A program made the position numbers and the translations under genes. DNA of 49,500 bases from a virus (Duplodnaviria > Caudoviricetes): positions 1 to 49,500 of IMG/VR virus record IMGVR_UViG_3300020042_002050; one strand, given 5' to 3'. Each line of letters starts with the position of its first letter. Position 1 is the first letter of the stretch. The notes under the pieces are model-generated. The model searched no databases, was not told where the DNA came from, and was given only the letters and a program-made list of their open reading frames with translations. Positions 7,283 to 16,876 of this stretch are shown piece after piece.

Positions 7283-7567
7283 ATGATGGAACAACTCGAA
7301 CTATTCCCAGAGGCGTATGCCACGCAACCGGGCCTTCGCCAAGTCGGCGGAGATCACTACAAACGCCTTGCGGTTCAGCCGTGGGATGTCGTTGACACAT
7401 GGCCCATCGAGCAACAGATCGGTTACTACCGAGGCGGCGCTCTTAAATACATTATGAGATTAGGAAGCAAAGATGAATCTACTCAAGAGGCTAGCAAAGG
7501 CTTGCATTACCTTGAAAAACTCGTTGAGTGCCTTCGTCGACAAAAAGAAGAGTCCCATGGCACTTGA
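7283..7567 (+). CDS. DUF3310-like protein (T7 gp1.7-related nucleotide kinase-like)
   Basis: QVGGDHYK...QPWDV...GYYRG.ALKY..R.G.K......KGLHYLE. Confidence 0.8.
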   Translation: MMEQLELFPEAYATQPGLRQVGGDHYKRLAVQPWDVVDTWPIEQQIGYYRGGALKYIMRLGSKDESTQEASKGLHYLEKLVECLRRQKEESHGT

Positions 7568-7865
7568 TACAAGCATATATGGTCAGGCAGTACTCGATCA
7601 GAAATTTGGCAGCGGCACCATCTCAAGTGCACAGAACGCAGCCATGCAGCGCGGAGCCTATAACTCCATGATGCAAAACCCACAGGCTGTCTGGAAAGAA
7701 TATGAGCGTACTAGCCCTAACGTCGGTATTAACATCGAGCGTGCGTCGAACGGGTACATCATTCGCTCTCAAGGGACGCTCGTCGTAGCGACAACGCTGG
7801 AAGACCTGCAACAGCATGTCACGGCCATAGTCGTCAGCAGCCTAGTTCTCAGTGAAGGTAAATGA
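7557..7865 (+). CDS. Hypothetical protein
   Basis: ATG 7557; IERASNGYII motif; ATGA overlap with polA. Confidence 0.6.
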   Translation: MALDTSIYGQAVLDQKFGSGTISSAQNAAMQRGAYNSMMQNPQAVWKEYERTSPNVGINIERASNGYIIRSQGTLVVATTLEDLQQHVTAIVVSSLVLSEGK

Positions 7866-9703
7866 TGGACATTCTTACTGTTGACTTCGAGACTTACTAC
7901 GACAAGGACTTCTCCCTGTCAAAGATGCAGACGGATGCGTACATCAACGACGCGCAGTTTGAACTTATTGGCGTTGCAGTTATCAAGAACGAAGAACCTG
8001 CTGTGTGGTTTAGTGGCTCTGATCTGGAGACCATAGGCTGGCTGCGTACCAACTTCGACTGGGAAAACTCTGCTGTCCGCTGCCACAACACGCTCTTTGA
8101 CGGGTACATCCTGACGCAGCATTGTGGGATCAAGCCCAAGCTGTGGATGGACACACTTAGCCAAGGCCGCATGTTGCTGCCATACCTGACATCACATTCA
8201 CTAGCTAACCTCGCCAAGAACTACAACTTGCCAGACAAAGGCACTGCTGTAGTAAAGGCACTGGGTAAACGTCGCAAAGACTTTAATCCCATGGAATTAA
8301 TGGAGTACGCCGAGTACTGCATGCATGACGCATGGCTGTGCAAAGAGTTGGGCGCTAAGTTTGACCCGTTCACGCCTGCGTTGGCTATTAAGCTGATCGA
8401 CATGACTGTGCGTATGTTCACAGAGCCTATGCTTGTCGGAGACCAGTTCAAGATGAAGCAGCTGTACGACGACGAGATCAAGCGCAAAGCTGATCTGCTG
8501 GAACGGGCTGAGACCAACCGTGACGTCATTATGTCCAACGACAAGTTTGCAGAAGCGTTGCTGGCGCTGGGCGTTACCCCGCCGATGAAGCAGAGCAAGG
8601 CCAACCCAGACAAAGAGACCTACGCATTTGCAAAGAGTGACAAGGACTTCACTGACTTGCAAGAGCATGACGATCCTGATGTGCAAGCGTTGGTAGCAGC
8701 ACGTCTTGGAGTTAAGACCACCATCGCTGAAACACGGGCGCTTAAGTTCCTTGAGACTGCCAAGCGTGGCGCTTTGCCTGTGTACCTCAACTTCTGGGGC
8801 GCTAAAACGACTGGGCGTTACTCAGGCGGCAACAGCATCAATTGGCAAAATGTTCCCGCTCGTGGCCCGTCCGCTGGACTGCGTAAAGCACTGCTGGCTC
8901 CCTCTGGGCACACTGTGCTGGTGGGTGACTCGTCGAACATCGAACTGCGTACTGTGATGGCGCTGTCTGGGCAAGAAGATGTGCTAGACAAACTCGGCGC
9001 TGGTATTGACTTGTACTGCGACTTTGCCTCTAAGTTGTTTGGGCGAGACATAACGAAAGCTGACAAGGCTGAGCGGTTCCTTGGGAAGACGGCTATGTTA
9101 GGCTTGCAGTACGGTGCTGGCGCTAAGCGGTTTCAAGAGATGGTGCGGTTAGCCAAGCGCGTAGACCCTAGCGTCGAGTTGATCGACGAGAACAGGGCGC
9201 ACTCCATCGTTGACTTGTATAGAACTGTCCACTGGAGGGTGGTGCAGTTGTGGAAGCGCTGCAACGACGTAATCCTGCCTGACATTGCCAACGGCTGCAC
9301 CATGCTGAACGTAGATGTTAACGGCTGGTTCATCACCCAGTGGGACGGCTTTGGTCGCCCCGGAGAACCCGGTGTGATGTACAACGACCTGAAGTATGAC
9401 GGCAAGGACTGGACTTACCAGATGGGCAGGCAGCGGATAAACATCCACGGAGCTAAAGTTGTAGAAAATTTATCACAACATGCTGCAATGCAGATCGTTA
9501 TGTGGCAAACTGCACGTATCAATCAGCGCTACCCAGTGAAGCTCTCAGTCCATGACGAGGCTGTCTGTGTGGTGCCGAACGACGAACTTACTGAAGCTCA
9601 AGCGTACATGGAAGAGTGCCTTGCAATGACACCCAAGTGGTGTCGCAGCATTCCCGTTGCGTGCGAGACAGGAACTGGATCATCTTATGGAGATGCGAAA
9701 TAG
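7862..9703 (+). CDS. polA: Family A DNA polymerase with 3'-5' exonuclease domain
   Basis: Exo motifs DFET, HNTLFD, YCMHD; TTGRYSG; motif A DSSNIELR; motif B RFLGKTAMLGLQYG; motif C SVHDE. Confidence 0.95.
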   Translation: MMDILTVDFETYYDKDFSLSKMQTDAYINDAQFELIGVAVIKNEEPAVWFSGSDLETIGWLRTNFDWENSAVRCHNTLFDGYILTQHCGIKPKLWMDTLSQGRMLLPYLTSHSLANLAKNYNLPDKGTAVVKALGKRRKDFNPMELMEYAEYCMHDAWLCKELGAKFDPFTPALAIKLIDMTVRMFTEPMLVGDQFKMKQLYDDEIKRKADLLERAETNRDVIMSNDKFAEALLALGVTPPMKQSKANPDKETYAFAKSDKDFTDLQEHDDPDVQALVAARLGVKTTIAETRALKFLETAKRGALPVYLNFWGAKTTGRYSGGNSINWQNVPARGPSAGLRKALLAPSGHTVLVGDSSNIELRTVMALSGQEDVLDKLGAGIDLYCDFASKLFGRDITKADKAERFLGKTAMLGLQYGAGAKRFQEMVRLAKRVDPSVELIDENRAHSIVDLYRTVHWRVVQLWKRCNDVILPDIANGCTMLNVDVNGWFITQWDGFGRPGEPGVMYNDLKYDGKDWTYQMGRQRINIHGAKVVENLSQHAAMQIVMWQTARINQRYPVKLSVHDEAVCVVPNDELTEAQAYMEECLAMTPKWCRSIPVACETGTGSSYGDAK

Positions 9704-9704
9704 T

Positions 9705-10397
9705 ATGACAACACCGATGCCTTTGTCGTTTAGCCGACTGTCCACCTTCGAGCAGTGCCCTGCGCAGTTCGATTACTTGTATGTGACCAGACGTGTGCAG
9801 AGCACGATGAACGAGGCATCAGAGTATGGAGATAGAGTACACAAATTGTTAGAAGCCAAGGGTAACGGCTCACTTGATGAAACCACACTGTCGCTAGAAG
9901 GCAAGCAGTCGCTAGAACGCTGGGGGCCGCTGGTTGAGAACATCACATCACGCGATGGCGAGAAGCTGTTCGAGCATCAGATGTCGGTCAATCGCCAGTT
10001 GCAACCTGTGGACTGGTTCGCCAAGGATGTATGGATTCGCTCTATCGCTGACGTGCTGGTCGTCGATGGTGACACAGCGTACTGCCTCGACTACAAGACT
10101 GGAAAAGTTAAGGAGAACCCAACGCAGTTGCAGTTGTTCGCGGCCATGGTGTTCTGGCATTACCCAGAGGTGACAAAGGTAAAGACCTCGTTCATCTGGC
10201 TCAAGTTTGACGAGGTGACAAACGCAACGTATGAGCGTCGCTTTCTTGACGCGCTATGGCGGGCACTGGAGCCACGCTTTGACAAGGTGCAGGAAGTGAT
10301 TGACCTCGGCGTATTTAAAACAAAACCATCGGGCCTGTGCCCATGGTGCCCAGCGAAGGGGTTCTGCCCTGACGCACGACTGAAAGGTAAGAGATGA
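9705..10397 (+). CDS. PD-(D/E)XK Cas4-like exonuclease
   Basis: LSFSRLSTFEQCP, IADVL, DYKTGK, QLQLFA, C-terminal CPWCP....C. Confidence 0.85.
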   Translation: MTTPMPLSFSRLSTFEQCPAQFDYLYVTRRVQSTMNEASEYGDRVHKLLEAKGNGSLDETTLSLEGKQSLERWGPLVENITSRDGEKLFEHQMSVNRQLQPVDWFAKDVWIRSIADVLVVDGDTAYCLDYKTGKVKENPTQLQLFAAMVFWHYPEVTKVKTSFIWLKFDEVTNATYERRFLDALWRALEPRFDKVQEVIDLGVFKTKPSGLCPWCPAKGFCPDARLKGKR

Positions 10398-10696
10398 ATA
10401 AAGAAGCTGACGTTAAGAAAATTGTGAAGACCGTGCTCATGAGTGAGCCCAAGTGCTGGTGGTTTATGCCACCCGCCAATGGTTATGGCCGTTCGGGTAT
10501 TCCTGACTTTGTTGGCTGTGTGAATGGGTTCTTGTTTGCCGTAGAGACTAAGTTCGGCAAGGGCACTACCACTGCCAATCAAGAAAGGGAACTACACCAA
10601 CTGACACAGAGCGGTGCAAAGGTGTGGATTGTCCGCGAGACATCAGTAGACACATGGGGAATTGAGTTCAAGGCATGGGCGGCTTTATGCTTGTGA
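10394..10696 (+). CDS. VRR-NUC domain nuclease
   Basis: E..VK, GYGRSGIPDF, AVETKFGKG.TT..Q. Confidence 0.85.
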   Translation: MNKEADVKKIVKTVLMSEPKCWWFMPPANGYGRSGIPDFVGCVNGFLFAVETKFGKGTTTANQERELHQLTQSGAKVWIVRETSVDTWGIEFKAWAALCL

Positions 10697-12240
10697 TACC
10701 GGACAAGCGCAAGATAATTATTGACAGCAATGAGAATGCAGCCGTAGCACAAGCTATCCCACACGCCAAGCTGCTGAAGCACGATGGCAAAGATATGCTG
10801 GCTATGCCCTACGGCGTTGACGAGTCGATGGTGCTTAAGAACTTAGGCTTTAATGTGCCAGCACCAATCTTGCAGTACTACAACTGGCCCGGTCGCTTCA
10901 CAGCAATGGATCACCAGAGAGAGACCGCCGCATTCTTAACGATGCATAAGCGTGCCCTGTGCCTAAACGCGCCGGGTACTGGCAAGTCAATTAGCTCGTT
11001 GTGGGCTGCGGACTTTCTGCTAGACGAAGGCATTGCACGGAAGGTGCTCATCGTCGCTCCGCTGTCAACAGTGAAGGTGGTATGGGGTAGCGAGCTTAGA
11101 CATCATTTGCCGCACCGCTCGTTTGTTATGTGCACAGGGTCTAAGCAAAAACGGATTGAGTTACTACAGACCCCCGGAGTGCAGTACGTCATCATCAATC
11201 ATGACGGATTCACAACGATGCAGAACGAGTTGGTTGGCTTTGACGTGGTCATCTACGACGAGGCTACGGCGCTCAAGTCTCCAAGTTCACAGCGGTACAG
11301 GATTTTTTCTAGGTGGATACAAAAGCACAGGCCATGGCTATGGATGATGACAGGTACGCCTATTTCGCAGACCCCCGCAGACGCGTGGACGCTGTCTAGA
11401 CTTGTCGACGCACCGCTGTGCCCAAAGAGCTTTACTACGTTTAAAGACATGGTGATGCAGAAGGTGACGACGTTTAAGTGGACGCCGCGACATGACGCGC
11501 TGGAGACCTGCCGCAAAGTTTTGCAGCCATCAATCAGGTTCTCGCTGGACGAGTGCAAAGACTTACCACAGACGAACTTTGTTGGGCGTAAGACAGAGCT
11601 TACAAAGCAACAGGAGAAAGCCTTCAAGGACATGAAGGACAAAGCTATAACTATTTTCTCGGCGGGTGAAGTGACAGCTGCCAACACTGCTGTAATGCTA
11701 AGCAAACTGCTACAGATTAGTTGTGGCGTTGTCTACGGGGATGGCACTACGATTGCCATAGACGCTTCGGAGCGTTATAATACGCTTACGGAATTACTTA
11801 CAGAGATCGGCGACAAAGCGATCATCTTCGTGCCGCTCAAGGGCGTGCAAGTTTGGCTGCGCGATAAGCTGACAGCAGATGGTTTTGATGTTGCAATGGT
11901 CAATGGTGACACTAGCAAGAAAGTTCGTGATGAGATTTTTAGTGACTTTCAGAACAAGGACAGGCCACAGATTTTGCTGGCTCATCCAAAGGTTGCTGCT
12001 CACGGGTTGACACTCACACGATCTAAGGACATCATTTGGTTTGCTCCAATTTATTCACTTGAACAGTACGAGCAAGCTAATGCAAGGATTCGCCGGTTGA
12101 CTACAACCGGCAAAACGACTGTGTGGCACATATGGGCTACCGGCTTTGAAGCAGAGTTGTACCGCAGACTCCGCGAAAAGAGAAACACACTTGCGGAATT
12201 TTTAACCTTGGTGCAAGGCATCAACAGTGACGATGAATAA
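10687..12240 (+). CDS. SNF2-like SF2 helicase
   Basis: PGTGKS, YDEAT, MTGTP, HGLTL, QANARIRR. Confidence 0.9.
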   Translation: MLVIPDKRKIIIDSNENAAVAQAIPHAKLLKHDGKDMLAMPYGVDESMVLKNLGFNVPAPILQYYNWPGRFTAMDHQRETAAFLTMHKRALCLNAPGTGKSISSLWAADFLLDEGIARKVLIVAPLSTVKVVWGSELRHHLPHRSFVMCTGSKQKRIELLQTPGVQYVIINHDGFTTMQNELVGFDVVIYDEATALKSPSSQRYRIFSRWIQKHRPWLWMMTGTPISQTPADAWTLSRLVDAPLCPKSFTTFKDMVMQKVTTFKWTPRHDALETCRKVLQPSIRFSLDECKDLPQTNFVGRKTELTKQQEKAFKDMKDKAITIFSAGEVTAANTAVMLSKLLQISCGVVYGDGTTIAIDASERYNTLTELLTEIGDKAIIFVPLKGVQVWLRDKLTADGFDVAMVNGDTSKKVRDEIFSDFQNKDRPQILLAHPKVAAHGLTLTRSKDIIWFAPIYSLEQYEQANARIRRLTTTGKTTVWHIWATGFEAELYRRLREKRNTLAEFLTLVQGINSDDE

Positions 12241-12252
12241 AAAAGGTGACTT

Positions 12253-12645
12253 ATGAATTACGACATTGCCGCAGAGAAATATCTGCAAGTTCGCAACGAG
12301 ATAGATGGTCTTGAACGCGATCACAAAACGGCTAAGGCCAAACTTACGGAAAAACTGGTAGCGCTGGAAAACTGGATGACAGCTAAAGCGCAAGAGGACG
12401 GACTGGAGACAGTCAAGACTCCACATGGTACGGCCTACTGGTCTGTACATCACACCGCAACAGTTGGTTCTCGTGAAGAGTTCTTTAACTTTTGCAAAGA
12501 GCATGACGCGTGGGATATGGTCGAGTCCCGCGCATCAAAAACCGGAGTCAAGAGTTACATCGAGGCTAACGGGGCACCTCCACCGGGGGTAAATTTTTCA
12601 TCGGCAAAAGTGTTCAATATGCGCAAAGCGCAATCTAAGGAGTAA
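12253..12645 (+). CDS. Conserved replication-module protein (coiled coil)
   Basis: 130 aa; KTPHGTAY and PPPGV motifs; lies between helicase and SSB-like gene. Confidence 0.7.
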   Translation: MNYDIAAEKYLQVRNEIDGLERDHKTAKAKLTEKLVALENWMTAKAQEDGLETVKTPHGTAYWSVHHTATVGSREEFFNFCKEHDAWDMVESRASKTGVKSYIEANGAPPPGVNFSSAKVFNMRKAQSKE

Positions 12646-12649
12646 ATAA

Positions 12650-13543
12650 GTGAGTAACATGATCGCAAATGTCCCAGCGCACATTGCTGCGCGTATCGCA
12701 GCCCGCCAACAGGCAGGCACTAAGTCCAGCGTAGCCTCGGCTATCGTCAGTGACAACGGCCCAAGCATCCCCCGCATCAGCATCCGTGCTGGTCGGTATC
12801 GCTTGAACGAGGAAGGCGTTGAGACCACAGTCGGTGTCACGCTGGATACTATCATTGTGGGAGCAAATCCACGGGTGTCTAAAGTGTTCTATGGCAAGGC
12901 GTTTGACGCTTCCGCCGAGAACGTACGCCCTGACTGCTGGTCTAATGACGGGCTTAAGCCTGACGTAACCCTCGACGCTCCTGTGCATAATTCATGCGCA
13001 GATTGCCCCAACAATGTGCTGGGCTCAAAGATTCTGCCGTCTGGTGCAAAGTCTAAGATGTGCGCCGACCAGCGCCACCTTGCCGTGGTAGCAGCCGCTG
13101 ACCCAACAAAGGTCTATAGCCTTACTGTGCCAGTAAGTGGCATGAAAGCCCTGCGCGAGTACTTTAAAGACTTGGGCAATTACAACATCGGCCCAGAGGA
13201 AGTGGTCACCGAGTTGGGCTTTGATGACGCTGCCAGCTATCCAAAGATCACATTTAAGCAGAAGGGATACGTGCCAGAAAAAGCCATCAACCGCGTGGAC
13301 ATTTTGCTCGTAAGCGACTCTGTTAAAGTAGCAACTCGCCAAATAGCCCCCAAAGACGCAGGCCCAGCATTGGCTGCTCCAGTGGGTAAAACAGCGATTG
13401 CTGCGCCAGCAGTGGACGATGCCTATGAGGAAGAAGCACCCACCCCAGTGGTCGCTGCGACACCAAAGTCTAAGCCCACAGTTGTCCCAGTAAAAGCGTC
13501 GGATGAACTGGCCGCAAAGCTGGACAGCCTGTTCGACGAGTAA
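12650..13543 (+). CDS. Putative ssDNA-binding/annealing protein
   Basis: PRISIR, P.CWSNDG..P, CADCP, K.C motifs; Ala/Pro linker; acidic tail LDSLFDE; typical position in PolA modules. Confidence 0.6.
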   Translation: MSNMIANVPAHIAARIAARQQAGTKSSVASAIVSDNGPSIPRISIRAGRYRLNEEGVETTVGVTLDTIIVGANPRVSKVFYGKAFDASAENVRPDCWSNDGLKPDVTLDAPVHNSCADCPNNVLGSKILPSGAKSKMCADQRHLAVVAAADPTKVYSLTVPVSGMKALREYFKDLGNYNIGPEEVVTELGFDDAASYPKITFKQKGYVPEKAINRVDILLVSDSVKVATRQIAPKDAGPALAAPVGKTAIAAPAVDDAYEEEAPTPVVAATPKSKPTVVPVKASDELAAKLDSLFDE

Positions 13544-13549
13544 TAGAAT
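13521..13549 (+). promoter_or_regulatory. Sigma70-like promoter
   Basis: TGGACA-17 bp-TAGAAT. Confidence 0.5.
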
Positions 13550-13563
13550 TCTCTAAAGCACAC

Positions 13564-13586
13564 CCCCGGCATATGCCGGGGTTTTT
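13564..13586 (+). terminator. Rho-independent terminator
   Basis: CCCCGGC-ATAT-GCCGGGG-TTTTT. Confidence 0.8.
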
Positions 13587-13602
13587 CATCTAGGGGCATG
13601 TC

Positions 13603-16566
13603 TTGGACACCAAAAACTTTCTTACTCGCGTATTTGCCCAGCTAGACGAACTCGTTATCTGCACCCATAAGCCTGACCAATCAGGCAAGAACCAACGTGG
13701 TTTCTTTTGGAACAGAGGATCGTTCACTAGCATCGACGACGCGTTACTTTCAATTTCACGCTGGGACTCTGAGCCCAACACAACTGTCTACTTCGGCGTA
13801 GGCTCATTTGCAGGGCATAGCTATGTGGATGACGGCAAGCAGAAGTGGTATCGAAAACAGGAACACGCTACATGGTTCAAGGCACTCGCTCTTGATCTAG
13901 ACATTGGAGCGGACAAACCATACGCTACGCAGAAAGAGGGCTGGGGCGTAATGCAAGCAGCGCTGCTGAAGATCGGTATGCCATCACCCATGGTCGTATC
14001 GTCAGGCAACGGCATTCACTTGTACTGGCCCTTGGTGCAGACGATCAGCAGAGATCATTGGGTCAAAGCGTCAACTGCATTGCGGGTAGCTCTAGAAGAG
14101 CATGGAGTAGAAATTGATACCTCAAAAATTCATGATCCGTCGATGGTGCTTAGGCCAGTCGGTACGCACCACAAAAAGCAACAGCCATGGAAAGATGTCC
14201 GGTGTGTTGCGGACTGCCCAGACTACGATGCAGTATCGCTATTCGGAATTCTTAAGCCATGGTTTGGCAAAGCAGCGACAGTTGCGGCCAAAGCCACAGC
14301 ACCGCGCAAAGGCGGCAAGTCCTCCATACTGGACGCAGTGCTCAACTCGAACGATGTACGCATAGACGCAGTAGCATCACGCTGTAATCAAGTTGGATCG
14401 TTGGTTGCCTCTGGTGGCGTGCTTGATGCTGCTGGTAGGCCCGTAGAAGAGCCGCTGTGGCGTGCATCACTAGGCTTAGCAAAGCATTGCACAGACGTGG
14501 CGGATGCCATAGTGAAGCTCGCTGGCAAGCACAAAGACTTTGACCTAAACGCAAATCTCGACAAGGTAAACGGGTGGAACGGCACGGGGCCTACAACCTG
14601 TGCAAAGTTTGAGCAGCTGTGTGCTAAGGGCTGCGAGGGTTGCCCAAGTCGAGGAAATATAACGAGCCCAGCGCAGTTATCTGTGGTCACAGAGACCGCA
14701 GTAGAAAACGAAAAAGGCGACGATATTGTGCTGGCTTTGCCGCCGAGTTACGTCATCCAGAACGGGCAGATTTATCGTGAAGTGAAGACCGAGGTCTCAA
14801 CTACGGATGCCAATGGCAATGAAGTAGCACAGGAAGTGGTTGAGTTTGACCATGTCAGTCGGTACGAGATGCACATAACAGGCGTGTACAACGACAACGA
14901 AAGCGGCAAGGCGGCGTTCAAGCTGCTGGTGAAATACCCGATGACGGGCTGGCTAGAGACAGAGCACGACATTGCAGTGCTAGCTTCGATAGGCAAAGAT
15001 TTCAGCGGCTTCCTGCTCAACAGGCAGGTATTTGTGAAGAGCATTCCGCAACAGGAAAAAATTAGGGGTTACTTAATGGATTACTTGACGATGGTGCAGC
15101 AGCAATCGCCTACAGGGCAGGACTTCGTTAGCTTCGGCTGGCAAAAAGATGGGTCATTCATGTGCGGCGCTAAGTTGCTTGGTTCAGCGCACGGAGAAAC
15201 AGACACGCGTTTGCGTGGGCCCGCTAAAGCCTTTGCCGATCTGATCGCTCCGCATGGGACTCGGGAGGGCTGGGTAAGTGGCATGGAGATGCTCAATAAC
15301 GCTGGCACCGAAACAATTCGTGCTGCTACGCTGCTGGCAACTACAGGCATCCTAGGGCCAGTGGCTGGCAACGCTACCCTTGTCGTATCCATTTACTCAA
15401 CAGAGACCACCACAGGGAAAACCCTATCCCTGATTTCTGCTAACAGTCTAATCGGCTCACCTAAGAAATTGTTCCTAAGCCAGAAAGATACGATGAATGC
15501 GCTGTACAAGCAGCGCGGTGTTCTGAACAATTTGCCATGCTGCATTGACGAGATGACCGCAGCGGACGATAAAGAGATGGTCGATATTACGTACCAGCTG
15601 AGCATGGGGCGGGAGAAGGTATCCATGACCAAAGACCGCGACCTGCGCGACCCTGCGACATGGGACGGCTTGACGCTACTGACGACAAATATCTCTATAT
15701 GGGAGAAGTTCCAGAGCGCACAAGCTGGCAACGAGCCCCTCAAAGCACGATGCCTAGAGCTACCCCAGCACGACCGCACGTTTGTCGCTACACGCCCTGA
15801 CGGCAAGAGCGATGGCTATGAGTTCTTTGACCTGATGGCAGAGAACAATGGCTGGGCTTTCCCTGAGCTTGTGCAGTTTGTGCTGGACAACGGCGGGCAG
15901 AAAAAAGCATGGGAGTGGGCAGAGCGTTCGTTTGTTAAGACGTTCGGCTTTGTCTTCGAGCCGCAAGAGCGCTTTTACCGCACGGCTATTATTTCTGCGT
16001 GGGGCATGGGCACTATCGGCGCTAAGCTGGGTCTGTTTCCATTCGATGTGCAGGGCACGATCCAGTACCTAGTTGACCACGTCAAGAAAGCACGGCAGAC
16101 CGCCATCGACAGCAAGACCGATGTGTTCGACATTATTGGCCTGTTCTTGGCTGAGCACAACGACCAGCTTATTGAGTGCAGGGAACGCTATGGTTCAGGT
16201 GTAGAGCAAGTCACATTGCCAGCACCGGAGAGAGCCGTTGCCCGTGTCAAGATTGTGTACGACGACAAGATTGCGATCATGCCCGGTAGTCAGGTAGCTA
16301 TCAATGCTGAGAAGCTGCGCTCATGGCTTAAAATTAAGCGAGATGGGCTGGATCGTATAGAGAACGAGTTGCAAGATGAGAACGCACTGCTGCGCCGCCG
16401 TGACCGCGTAACGATGTTTAAGGGTTGCCCGAAGCATGCACCGGGACAGATGCAGTGTCTCATCGTCAACCTGAATCACCCTAGGTTCATCGACAGCCTA
16501 ACGGGAACATCAGCACGGGCGCAGAGCAAAATTACGCTGGCAGTTCTCGGCGGTGTGTCAGTGTGA
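13603..16566 (+). CDS. Primase (RepB/AEP-like) fused to DUF927-type helicase
   Basis: LDLD, SSGNGIHLYW, LRPVGT.H.K, Cys cluster C..CEGCP, FGWQ, TTGKT Walker A, IDEMT; TTG start. Confidence 0.85.
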   Translation: MDTKNFLTRVFAQLDELVICTHKPDQSGKNQRGFFWNRGSFTSIDDALLSISRWDSEPNTTVYFGVGSFAGHSYVDDGKQKWYRKQEHATWFKALALDLDIGADKPYATQKEGWGVMQAALLKIGMPSPMVVSSGNGIHLYWPLVQTISRDHWVKASTALRVALEEHGVEIDTSKIHDPSMVLRPVGTHHKKQQPWKDVRCVADCPDYDAVSLFGILKPWFGKAATVAAKATAPRKGGKSSILDAVLNSNDVRIDAVASRCNQVGSLVASGGVLDAAGRPVEEPLWRASLGLAKHCTDVADAIVKLAGKHKDFDLNANLDKVNGWNGTGPTTCAKFEQLCAKGCEGCPSRGNITSPAQLSVVTETAVENEKGDDIVLALPPSYVIQNGQIYREVKTEVSTTDANGNEVAQEVVEFDHVSRYEMHITGVYNDNESGKAAFKLLVKYPMTGWLETEHDIAVLASIGKDFSGFLLNRQVFVKSIPQQEKIRGYLMDYLTMVQQQSPTGQDFVSFGWQKDGSFMCGAKLLGSAHGETDTRLRGPAKAFADLIAPHGTREGWVSGMEMLNNAGTETIRAATLLATTGILGPVAGNATLVVSIYSTETTTGKTLSLISANSLIGSPKKLFLSQKDTMNALYKQRGVLNNLPCCIDEMTAADDKEMVDITYQLSMGREKVSMTKDRDLRDPATWDGLTLLTTNISIWEKFQSAQAGNEPLKARCLELPQHDRTFVATRPDGKSDGYEFFDLMAENNGWAFPELVQFVLDNGGQKKAWEWAERSFVKTFGFVFEPQERFYRTAIISAWGMGTIGAKLGLFPFDVQGTIQYLVDHVKKARQTAIDSKTDVFDIIGLFLAEHNDQLIECRERYGSGVEQVTLPAPERAVARVKIVYDDKIAIMPGSQVAINAEKLRSWLKIKRDGLDRIENELQDENALLRRRDRVTMFKGCPKHAPGQMQCLIVNLNHPRFIDSLTGTSARAQSKITLAVLGGVSV

Positions 16567-16600
16567 GAAAATAGTCAGACAACTTCACCGGGAGATAATC

Positions 16601-16876
16601 ATGCCACGCAACTACAAGCAAGAGTACGCCAACTACCAAGGCCAGCCAGCGCAAATAGCCAACCGTGCTAAACGCAACGCTGCGCGTTCTGAGATGGAGA
16701 AAAAAGGGGTGGTGTCAAAGGGTGACGGCAAGGACGTGGGGCACGCCAAAGCACTTTCTAAAGGCGGCTCCAACCACCCAAAAAACCTTCGTGTAGAGTC
16801 TGTAACTGGCAACAGGTCTTTTGCTAGAAACAAAGACGGCTCTATGAAGGCAGAGGTATCGAAGCGTGGACGGTAA
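16601..16876 (+). CDS. Small HNH-like protein
   Basis: GDGKDV.H..ALSKGGSN...NLRV.....NRS; GGAG SD. Confidence 0.75.
   Translation: MPRNYKQEYANYQGQPAQIANRAKRNAARSEMEKKGVVSKGDGKDVGHAKALSKGGSNHPKNLRVESVTGNRSFARNKDGSMKAEVSKRGR

Noticed and set aside
9705-10397. Cas4-like nuclease as evidence of CRISPR-Cas
   Set aside because: No array or other cas genes are seen; this nuclease type is a standard part of phage PolA modules.
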